Source: Octopus bimaculoides (Eukaryota). From it: DNA of 34,073 nt. The notes under the pieces are model-generated. The model did not search any database and was not told the DNA's origin. It saw only the letters and a list, made by a program, of their open reading frames with translations. The stretch spans positions 110,440,757-110,474,829 of the forward strand of contig NC_068981.1 in the NCBI RefSeq assembly GCF_001194135.2, written 5' to 3'. Below are positions 23,404 to 33,772 of this stretch, piece after piece. The translations under genes were made by a program, and so were the position numbers. Numbering within the stretch: the first letter of the stretch is position 1; each line of letters starts with the position of its first letter.

Positions 23404-24332
23404 ATGTTTGTTTTTCCTGTCGAAGCGAAGAATTGCATGTTGTCTGGCGAGGAGCCAACTACGAGCAAAGAAATAATGGATTCCCCCGTTGCAAAAAAGA
23501 ATAACAAAATGTATGAGTTATTTGGAGATGTGTCAGAAAGCTCGTCAGAACTTTCACTAGAAGAATACCCGAGTTTGCCAGGAAACAAAAGTATTGTGTC
23601 CAAAAGAATAATTGATGCACCTAGCATCCAAACGGAACAACTAAAAAAAGAAAAAAAAAGAAAAGTTTTGCGTTAGCAGTTGGGGGTGGAACCAGGCTGC
23701 TTTCGACGAATAAGTGTGATTTTATGAAATATAGTGAAATGATGCAAATAAATGATAACGTGGTTAAAATACAACAACCAGAAAAATTATTTTTAGAAGA
23801 AAAACAGAAAACAATCATATTCAAAACATACTGTTTACAAAAAAGAAAAATTGAGAGAATTACAGAAGAGAAGATAGAGAAGTGCCTGAAGCCAATCTGG
23901 AGCGACGTAGATTATCTGACAAGAGACAGGAAATTTGGTACAGTGGAAGTAAGGTTTACCAACAAAGAAATTGCACAAAAACATTCAGTAGAAACGCAGT
24001 TAGTCCCCTCATCCAGGCTGACCCTAAAATAATTGATGAAATTCCCGAGACAATTGAGATAGGGGAGGAGACCCTCGTGGTGTTTGTTAAGGGCCGAAAA
24101 CCCCGGTGTTTTTTTGTGCGGTCAATTAAGCCACATTCGAAGGAACTGCAAGGAAAATGAGGAAGATGAGGAGGAAGAGGAAAAAGAGGAAGAAGAAGAA
24201 AAAGAAGAAAAAGATGAGAAGAAAACAACAAACAAAGAAAAATACAATCAGCAACTCAACCGAGAGCGGCGACTACTACAGAACAACGATCAAAAAAGAC
24301 TGCCAGAAGAGAAAAATAGGAAAAAGGCATAA
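23404..24332 (+). pseudogene. Tx1 ORF1 (gag-like, zinc knuckle), frameshifted
   Basis: Overlapping ORF pieces. C-x2-C-x4-H-x4-C (CFLCGQLSHIRRNC, about 24107-24149) is restored by removing one T from a T-run. Followed by an acidic/Lys tract. Confidence 0.75.
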
Positions 24333-25214
24333 TAGCTGTATACACTAAAGATACTCAGCTAATGAGAGACATTCAATTAATTGAGACAGCAAAAAAAAAA
24401 AAAAAAAGATAACCTTTCGGAGAAATATAACAATTATGACGTGTATGAAATCTCAAATAACAAAACAAATACCGTAAGACAGTATCATCAATGAGATTGG
24501 ACTTTAATAATACTATATTTCATGGATTACCAACCCCGATCCCGCGAGAAAAGGAAAAGGTGTAGACCCCACTTCCACCTGATAATTCTATGTCGGTAAT
24601 GAGACGGGCTTTTAACAAATCTATTTCCCAAACCTGCCATCTCCGACCCTGTATCAAGAAAAGGTGGAGGGTCCCTCTCCACCGGNNNNNNNNNNNNNNN
24701 NNNNNNNNNNNNNNNNNNNNNNNNNNNNNNNNNNNNNNNNNNNNNNNNNNNNNNNNNNNNNNNNNNNNNNNNNNNNNNNNNNNNNNNNNNNNNNNNNNNN
24801 NNNNNNNNNNNNNNNNNNNNNNNNNNNNNNNNNNNNNNNNNNNNNNNNNNNNNNNNNNNNNNNNNNNNNNNNNNNNNNNNNNNNNNNNNNNNNNNNNNNN
24901 NNNNNNNNNNNNNNNNNNNNNNNNNNNNNNNNNNNNNNNNNNNNNNNNNNNNNNNNNNNNNNNNNNNNNNNNNNNNNNNNNNNNNNNNNNNNNNNNNNNN
25001 NNNNNNNNNNNNNNNNNNNNNNNNNNNNNNNNNNNNNNNNNNNNNNNNNNNNNNNNNNNNNNNNNNNNNNNNNNNNNNNNNNNNNNNNNNNNNNNNNNNN
25101 NNNNNNNNNNNNNNNNNNNNNNNNNNNNNNNNNNNNNNNNNNNNNNNNNNNNNNNNNNNNNNNNNNNNNNNNNNNNNNNNNNNNNNNNNNNNNNNNNNNN
25201 NNNNNNNNNNNNNN

Positions 25215-27425
25215 ATGTAACCCAGGCTTACGGGATCTGCTAAGTCACTTTCAGCTAGCAGATCCATATAGGTTGGAACACCCGAACACTCCACAGTGGA
25301 CGTGGTCAAACAGTAGCGGGTCTTTCAGAACATATCTAGATAGGATTTTAATTAGAGAAACAGATAAGTCCATAGCTAAGTGTCCACGGTTTTTTCTAGT
25401 CAGCTACGGTGACCTCAAAATGGTTACCTGTAAATTGACAATAGATAAGTTACATAGTCAGGGATCTGGCTACTGGAAACTCAATACGTCCCTTTTGGCG
25501 ATTGAGGAAAACAGAAAGCGGCTTAAGATAGTAATACAGAGAGCATTGACAGGTACCATCTTTAATAACAAATGGTGGTACGCCCTAAAAAGAGCCATCA
25601 AATATGAGTTTATTAGGTTTAGCATAAGTTTCGCTAAGAAGGGACGTATATTAGAAGATGGTTTAGTTAAGGAACTAGAAGAAGCCTGGAGGACTGGAAA
25701 TGCGGACCAAGCAAAGGTGAAAAGACTGGAGTTAAACCAGCATCTTGAAGCCCAACACATGGGAAGTATTGTTAGAGCTTGGTTACGTGCGATAGGAAGT
25801 GAAGGAATCAAGGCCACTGGATGGGCCCGAGTGGTGGAAGCTCGGCAAGGAAATAGTTCCACTATAGGTCTTTGACGAATCATAATGGCGTCTTGGTAAA
25901 CGAACCCGAGAAAATGTGCAAGGCCTTTCGGAAGTACTTCGCCCAGCTGTTCGGGGATGACGGCGGTCCTGGTGGTGGGAGAGCCCTCGAGGACTTTCTT
26001 GCCGGTCTGCCGTGTCTCTCGGGGTCTGATGCGGAGTCTTGCGAAGGGCCAATCACACCTGGGGAGATGATAGAGGCTTTGGCAGACTGTGTNNNNNNNN
26101 NNNNNNNNNNNNNNNNNNNNNNNNNNNNNNNNNNNNNNNNNNNNNNNNNNNNNNNNNNNNNNNNNNNNNNNNNNNNNNNNNNNNNNNNNNNNNNNNNNNN
26201 NNNNNNNNNNNNNNNNNNNNNNNNNNNNNNNNNNNNNNNNNNNNNNNNNNNNTTATCCGCTATATCATAGAGAGGGTTGGTAATAAATCTGGCAAAGGTG
26301 GGGCACTGATACATTTGGACCAGTCTAAAGCTTTTGATAGGGTTGACCATCGATACCTGGCGACTGTGCTTGCGCAGTTCGGCATGGGCCTTGGCTTCCT
26401 CAGGTGGTTTATCGCTTTGTACCACAACATTGACTCGATAGTTCGGGTGAACGGTTTCCTTTCGAAGTCGTTCTGCATCAGACGCTCGGTTCATCAAGGA
26501 TGTCCGCTCTCACCACTTTTGTATGTGGTGGCTCTCGAGCCCCTACTGCGAAGGTTGAGTGGCATTCCAAGAGAACCAGGTCTAGAAGATTTTGTTACGG
26601 CTTACATGGATGATATCACTATCAGCGTAACCTCAGTAGCACGCCTACGTGAAGTGGGTAAGACTATTGAGGCTTACGAGGAGGTGGCAGGAGCAAAGAT
26701 TAACCGGGAAAAGTCGGTCGGCATGCAACTCGGCACCTGGTTTGGCAAGTCGATGACTTCAGACAGCGTTGTTGGGCGCTGGACGGTGGGACCGGTTAAG
26801 TTGCTGTGAGTTTGGTTTGGATCAGGCCTCCAGATAGAGAAGAACTGGACGGAGGCATTGAGCAGGGTGGCTGCAGTAGTCAAGACCTGGTCTTGGCGGT
26901 GGCTATCCCTGAAAGGGAGGGCGGAGGTGGCCAATGTGTTTATCGCATCGGTCATTACCTACCGCCTGACCGTCGTGTCCTGTCCGGATTCGTGGTTGAT
27001 CAGGCTGGANNNNNNNNNNNNNNNNNNNNNNNNNNNNNNNNNNNNNNNNNNNNNNNNNNNNNNNNNNNNNNNNNNNNNNNNNNNNNNNNNNNNNNNNNNN
27101 NNNNNNNNNNNNNNNNNNNNNNNNNNNNNNNNNNNNNNNNNNNNNNNNNNNNNNNNNNNNNNNNNNNNNNNNNNNNNNNNNNNNNNNNNNNNNNNNNNNN
27201 NNNNNNNNNNNNNNNNNNNNNNNNNNNNNNNNNNNNNNNNNNNNNNNNNNNNNNNNNNNNNNNNNNNNNNNNNNNNNNNNNNNNNNNNNNNNNNNNNNNN
27301 NNNNNNNNNNNNNNNNNNNNNNNNNNNNNNNNNNNNNNNNNNNNNNNNNNNNNNNNNNNNNNNNAAAAGCAACAAAAAAAGGTACCAGCGATAGATCGGG
27401 GCTTGTGGGGTCGGAGCGTGGCCTG
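25215..27425 (+). pseudogene. Tx1 ORF2 (APE endonuclease end and RT), disrupted
   Basis: WTWSN..YLDRIL..GSGYWKLNTSLL, LDQSKAFDRVDH, QGCPLSPLLY, YMDD at 26603-26614, GAKINREKS. Confidence 0.92.
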
Positions 27426-27596
27426 ATCATCGCTTCATTTGTATTGTCCCTGTATTGTTAATTTCATTCGATTTTTTTTATATATTTCATTTAATTTTTA
27501 AAAGTCATATTTTATGTAAAATCATATCGATTTACTGATCCCATCAGTTGTTCTGTCCATTTCTATGTTTAGCCCCTGGTGGGCAATAAAGAAATT

Positions 27597-27980
27597 GGTA
27601 TTTCGTCTGCCGTTACGTTCTGAGTTCAAATTCCGCCAAGGTCGACTTTGCCTTTCATCCTTTCGGGGTCGATAAATTAAGTACGAGTTACGCACTGGGG
27701 TCGATCTAATCGACTTAATCCCTTTGTCTGTCCTTGTTGGTCCCATCTATGTTTACTCCCTTGTGGGCAATAAAGAAATAAGAAACGTTAGCACGCCGGT
27801 AAAATGCTTAGCGGTATTTCGTCTGTCTTTACGTTCTGAGTTCAAGTTCCACCGAGGTTGACTTTACCTTTCATCCTTTCGGGGTCGATAAAGTAAGTAC
27901 CATTTGCGTTCTGGAGTCGATCTAATCAACTGGCCCCCTTCCCCCAAATTTCAGGCCTTGTGCCTTGAGTAGAAAAGAAT
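27597..27980 (+). mobile_element. SINE-B / Tx1-tail / SINE-B composite (copy B)
   Basis: SINE-B internal part 27597-27722, 60-bp tail 27723-27782, SINE-B 27783-27980. Same architecture as 22636-23018. Confidence 0.85.
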
Positions 27981-28046
27981 ATGTGTATACACACACGTAT
28001 GAAAACACGAACTTTGTAAGCAAATTTTACTCGAAAATATTCTCGC

Positions 28047-28094
28047 TACTTTTGAGGTACATACATACGTACGTATGTATGTACCTCAAAAGTA
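28047..28094. repeat. Perfect 48-bp spacerless palindrome
   Basis: TACTTTTGAGGTACATACATACGT|ACGTATGTATGTACCTCAAAAGTA. Confidence 0.95.
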
Positions 28095-28687
28095 CGTATG
28101 TATGTATACGGCTTCGTTAAAGAAGTTAATTTCTATCAAAAGTGAAAGAAATGAAAATCTCAGGGTAAATAAACTAAGTGAACTGAGGATTGAGGTGACG
28201 CCGAAGGGAAAAACGGCAGCGGTGGAGCTATACAGGAACAGAAAAGTATTCTATAAATATTGAAGAACAACATAATCAATAGTAACAAGTTATTGAACCG
28301 CTTCCCTGTAAGATGGAAAAAGGTGAATTGGTAAATAATAATATGGTTGGAAGAATGTGTGAACAGATTTGCAAATAAACAATTCACAGAAATAATATGA
28401 ATTTGAAAATATTTCTCCCTTTTATCTCTTTTTCTTTTCTTTTATTAAATTCACCCACTCCGTCATCTTGTTTCCTTCTTAACTCTCTCCTCACCCTCTC
28501 TTTCTCACTCGTCGCCACTCTTCCTCTCAGACTCCTGTTCTTTGAAATGCAAAAACATCGGCTTTTATATCTGTTTCTATTTAACAAAAGAGGAAAAATC
28601 GAAATCTAATGGCAATGTAAAAGTTTCGATGAAAATAAAAGAGAATATCGAAGACTTGTGATGGCAACAACACCATCACCAACAAGT

Positions 28688-28905
28688 TTCTTCTTCTTCT
28701 TCTCCTTCTCCTCCTCCTCCTCCTTCTTCTTCTTCTTCTTCTTCTTCTTCTTCTTCTTCTTCTTCTTCTTCTTCTTCTTCTTCTTCTTCTTCTTCTTCTT
28801 CTTCTTCTTCTTCTTCTTCTTCTTCTTCTTCTTCTTCTTCTTCTTCTTCTTCTTCTTCTTCTTCTTCTTCTTCTTCTTCTTCTTCTTCTTCTTCTTCTTC
28901 TTCTT
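28688..28905. repeat. (TTC)n/(GAA)n microsatellite, ~218 bp
   Basis: Short (CTC) interruption near the start, then about 60 pure TTC units. Confidence 0.95.
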
Positions 28906-29148
28906 GCTTTTCAAAATTTTCAAGCAGAGGAATGTAAGAAAAACGTTCTGCTGAAAAGGTTTTGGTATACTTGTAGAACGAAAGAATATCTTATTTAAAT
29001 TAATCGGTTGTTCGAAAGAAAAATCATTCGGATTAACCGGTAAAAATACAGGCCACCCCAAAACAAAGAACATTATGGGAAATGGCTAGAAGTTTTCATT
29101 CCAGGACAATATAAGGAACAATATCGATGTTGGTAACTCTAACAGTAT

Positions 29149-29187
<39 letters not shown>

Positions 29188-30145
29188 GCCATCGTGATCA
29201 TCATCATTTAATGCCCGTTGTCCATGCTGGTATGAGTTGGACGGTTTGACCAGGGCTGGCAAGCTCAGGGGCTGCACCAGACTCCAGTCAAATTTGGCAT
29301 GGTTTCTACGGCTGGATGCTCTTCCTAATGCCAACCATTCCGAGAGTGTAGTGGGTGCTTTTTAGTTCCACCAGCACAGGTGCCAGTTGCGTGGCACCAG
29401 TATTTTCCACGACTACGATTTCACTTGGCTTGATGGGTCTTCTACTCAAGCACAGCGTATTGCCAAAGGTCTAGGTCATTTGTCATTGCCCCTGTGAGGC
29501 TCAATGCTCGAAAAGTGCTTTTTTCGTGCCACCAGCGCAGGTGCTAGTTATGTAACACCGGCACAGGTGCTAGTTATGCGACACCGGCATCGGCCACATT
29601 GCCTCCGCGAAGCCCAACGCTCAAAAGGTGCTTTTTACGTGCCACCTATATGGGTGCAAGTTACGTGACACTGGCATCGTCCACGACTACGATTTCACTT
29701 GGCTTGATGGGTCTCCTCAAGTATCGCATATCGCCAAAGGTCTCGGTCATTAGTCATTTCCTCCGTGAGGCCCAGCGTTCGAAGATCATGCTTCACCACC
29801 TCATCTCATGTCTTCCTGGGTCTGCCTCTTCTACAGGTTCCCCTCCATTCCTTCTACAGTGAGAGATCGGCACACCTTCACACAGCAGTCTTCCTCCATA
29901 CGCATCACATGACCATACCAGCACATTCGTCTCTCTTGCACACCACATTTGATGCCTCTTTTGCCCAATTTTTCTCTCAAGACGTTCACACTCTGTCGTA
30001 CATGCACACTGACATTGCACATCCAACGAAGCATGCTAGCTTCATTTCTTTCAAGCCTACGCATACCCTAGGCGGTCACAGCCCATGTTTCATTGCCGTG
30101 TAGCATAGTTGTTCACACACAGGCACAATACAGTCTGCCTTTCAC

Positions 30146-30218
<73 letters not shown>

Positions 30219-31529
30219 CCCTTTGTTGCCAGCAGAAGTAGGAGCTCCATGAACTTTGTCCAGCCTGTTCTTATTCTCGCTGCTACGCTCTCGGAGCAGC
30301 GATCTCCGCTACTGATTTGGTCACCTAGATAACGGAAGATATCTACTACTTCTAGCTTACCCCACTGCCCTTTATTGGAGTCTTTTTTGTGTACATTTTT
30401 AGTGCTTATTGTACCTGTACACCTTCCACACACAAGAACTATTTTCCCAGTTAACCATCGTCTGATATTGCTGCACCTCTTATGTATCCATAACTTGCAC
30501 CGGGTACATTTTATGGGATTTCTACCTACGTCTTTCCTACATATTGAGCAGGGCCATCTACCTGAAAGGATTTTTGATTTGTCTGCTTTCTTACTAACTA
30601 GAACTTTGGTTTTTGCTAGGTTGACTCTAAGGCCCTTCAATTCTAGACCTTACTTCGACACCTGAAATTTCTTCTCTAGTTCTGGTAGTGATTCGGCTAT
30701 AAGAACAAGGTCATCAGCATAGAGGAGCTCTCAAGGCAGCCCGTCTTGAATTCCTCAGTTATTGCCTGGAGGACTATGATGAACAGCAGGGGATTGAGGA
30801 CTGATCCTTGGTGAACCTCTACTTGTACTCTAAATTAATCGCTATACTCATTGCCAATCCTCACCTTACTGACTGCATCCCTGTACATGGCTTGTACAGC
30901 TTTCACCAACCACTCGCCTATCCCCAGTTTCCGCATTGACCATCAGATAAGGAAGCGGGGTCCCTGTCAAAGGCTTTCTCCAAATCAGCAAAAGTCAAGT
31001 ACAGAAGTTTATCTTTGGCTTGGTATTTCTCCTGCAGCTGCCTTGCCGGTAATATAGCATCAGTGATGCTTCTTCCTGGCGCAAGACCAAACTGCATCTC
31101 ATCTAGAATATCTCTCTTCCTAATTATTTGCGGTATGATCCCCTCTATGACGTTCATCCCCTGATCCAACAATTTGATACCTCTGTAATTATTTCTATCT
31201 TAGTCGTCATCTTCATCTTTGTAGTAATTGACTATGGTGCTGCTACACCAGTCAGTGGGTATGACTCTTTCGTGTGTCACCTGATTAACTATACGAGTGA
31301 CTAGACTATAACCCACACCGCCAGATATTATAGGAATCACAGCGATTATTCCTGATGGGCCGGGGAATTTCCTGACTTCATACTCTTCATGGCTTTGTCT
31401 GCAACGCTACTGTCTATTCGGATTTCTGGTCCCTCTGTTGGATCAACATTAGGTAGACTCTCCTTCTCCCGTGAGTTCTCTACATTTAGTAGCCTTTTAT
31501 AGTGGCACTCTCAAGCCTCTTTCTTTGCA
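29149..31529 (-). mobile_element. 5'-truncated RTE LINE (family 3) with PHD-type finger in the RT region and tandem-repeat 3' UTR
   Basis: NYRGIKLLD, DLEKAFD, VHQGSVLNPLLF, YADD at 30710-30721, GLRVNLAKTK, C4HC3 finger at about 30419-30550, WYGHVMRM. ~150-bp UTR unit repeated about 3 times (29355-29785). (ATG)n tail. Confidence 0.9.
30149..30216. repeat. (GA)34 microsatellite inside the RTE ORF
   Basis: Pure run between the KGF and VKGRLY codons of the minus-strand ORF. Confidence 0.95.
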
Positions 31530-32520
31530 GACCAATTTGAATTGCAGACATCCTACGCTATCCCTATTTGTTGACCTAACATATACTCTATCTAGATACG
31601 AACTATATGACTCGTTGTAGTTGCTCCATGTTTACACTGGCACATTAGGGAAATCCAGGCGATACCTGTCAGAAAGCTGGAAGTTTCTGAGCAGGTTTTT
31701 GAGACTTTTTTGCACCCGTTCTGCTATGCACCAACTCCACACAATCGTTCTGTGTGTCCAGAATATAATTTCAGTCCTCCACTGGTACTAAAGTGCGAGA
31801 CGTTCCCAGAAAAGTTTCTAGATGTCTGAAGAGATCTGGCCTTCCAGCTCGTATCGGGGCATAAACGGTTACCAGTCTAAATACGGCGCCATCGCTGCCG
31901 TTCACGTCTTGTACTACCAACCCACTGACCGAGTCCAATAAGTCTTCTTGCTCATTGACGCATATAACAGCAACTGTCTTGTATAGTTTTCTTTTATACA
32001 TGTATAGCGTTGAGGGTTACACATCTTGGAGACATTTTTCAGTTTCTGCCGGAGTAGGAAGTTTAAGTTTCTTCTACCTTTGAGAAACGCATTTATACAC
32101 AATGGTTTTTCGTTCAAAGTTAGTTTTTCCTCCTCACTAAGCGACATAACATCTGGTTTTATAACAATATTTTTGTACTGGAGGGCCTTACCTTTCAGAT
32201 CTTGCACCAAATGTACAGTCCACTGGCTAACTGCTCTCGAAAATGATAAAGAATTGCCTTGTTTTTTGTTTTTTATGTTGTTGTTGTAGCTGCTACTGTT
32301 GTTTTCTTTACAGTTTTTGCTGTTTACTACTGTAGTCAATGTTTACTGCTGTTGTTGTTTGCGTTGTTGTTCACGTTGCTGCTGTGTCATTGCTGATGCT
32401 GTTGCTGTTATTGTTGCTTCTGCTGTTGCAGCTTCTGTTGCACACGTTGTTGTTATTGTTGTTACTGTCGTTGTTTCTGCTTGTATTTTTGTAGGTGTTG
32501 CTGTCGTCATAGCAACAAGA
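31530..32520 (-). pseudogene. Tx1-clade LINE fragment (APE endonuclease plus probable ORF1 tail)
   Basis: FRLVTVYAP..GRPDLFRHLETFLGTSRTLV, and LLRNFQLSDRYRLDFPNVPV*TWSN..YLDRVYVR, homologous to 25215-25350. Upstream Q/T/A-rich low-complexity part assigned with less certainty. Confidence 0.75.
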
Positions 32521-33050
32521 CGAAATACCACTTTTTTGATTCAATAAATTTCTTTGAGCTCCAACTTGCCTGACATTGACATTATGTTCCGTTGTTATGG
32601 TTACATTGGTAGTTAAATTGGGTCGACAGAGCTCTGTCCACAGTCGATTATCATTATTTTATCGTATTCCGACATTTTAAAAACTGCACCCCACTAAAAA
32701 AAAAATTGTTTTTACAAGGAATGCCAAATAAATATCACAGAGTCACATAAACTAAAAGAGAGTGTAATTGAACAGAAATTTTACCCCTGCGTCCAGACAA
32801 TGTCAGCAAAATAGTTATCTCAAAATAATTGACTGAACAGGCCTTAACCAGCCGAAACATTTGATAAAACTCTTGAAACTAACGGAGCTCTAAGTTTCTG
32901 TGTCTTCACAAAAATAATAATAACTAGCAGTGCCCATGGAAATTCCACGGCTATTTTGAAAATTGTATGATGAAATTGTATATTTTTCTGAAACATTTGA
33001 TTCTTGAAATGTAAAAATCCACACAGGCAGTATTGAAGGGGCAATCTAAA

Positions 33051-33079
33051 AATCAATCAATCAATCAATCAGTCAGTCA

Positions 33080-33144
<65 letters not shown>

Positions 33145-33215
33145 AGAGCGTGTGTGTGTGTGTGTATGTGTGTGTGTCTGTCTGTCTATCTAGCTATCTG
33201 TCTGTCTGTCTATCA
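33051..33215. repeat. Compound microsatellite (TCAA)n(TCTA)n(TG)n(TCTG)n
   Basis: Directly visible. Confidence 0.9.
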
Positions 33216-33289
33216 TATTCTACTTACATTTCTGTCGATGTATGTATTTAAACCAAATAACTAAAAAATATCCTAAATAACTGTGTCGA

Positions 33290-33712
33290 TACTATACCAA
33301 ATGAGCGAGTCATATCCGATGACCAAGAGTCTTTTGAGTCATTCCTTCTCCTTCAATTTTCTAACCCTTGTTGTTTCTATTAAGGCTATTTTCTGTTATG
33401 AAAATTACCGTCATGATGGTAATTCCTAGCTTCTCAAGTCAGGATTCCAGCCTTTAACTCACTGCTCTCAGTGTGCCAACCACAATCGGTACCTCTGCTA
33501 AGTGGTTGATTCCCCATAGTTTCCTGATTTACTTCTTCAGCTCCTGATATTTCTCAATTTTCTCACTTACCATATTATTCACCCTGTGATCCCACGGTGA
33601 AGAATTGCTTCGTCCTTTTTATTTTCTACTACAACAATGTTAGGTTTTCTAGCCACGATACGATGGTCACATTGGATGGTCATGTCCCACATGATTTTAT
33701 ATTCTGCAAGCC
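33290..33712 (-). pseudogene. R4/Dong-type non-LTR element, restriction-like endonuclease (RLE) domain and 3' end
   Basis: YKIMWDMTIQCDHRIVARKPNIVVV..PWDHRV..EKIEKYQELK..LWG...VPIVVGTL fits the RLE consensus WD..IQTD....RPD.....EK..KY....P.VVG.LG. Degenerate. Confidence 0.8.
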
Positions 33713-33719
33713 CACCACC

Positions 33720-33720
<1 letters not shown>

Positions 33721-33770
<50 letters not shown>
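33721..33770. repeat. (TAA)n microsatellite
   Basis: About 17 pure units. Confidence 0.95.

Positions 33771-33772
<2 letters not shown>

Larger units (their letters stand above)
23375..27596 (+). mobile_element. Near full-length L1/Tx1-clade LINE
   Basis: ORF1 with CCHC knuckle, ORF2 with APE and RT, T-rich 3' UTR ending GCCCCTGGTGGGCAATAAAGAAATT. 5' end hidden by a gap; three internal gaps. Confidence 0.88.

Noticed and set aside
22636-27980. CRISPR-like or LTR interpretation of the recurring direct repeats
   Set aside because: No short regular repeat-spacer periodicity. The repeats are SINE-derived, flank a non-LTR (APE-RT) element, and lack TG..CA ends or a PBS.
28606-29073. Poly-Lys and poly-Phe ORFs
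   Set aside because: Translation of the (TTC)n microsatellite.
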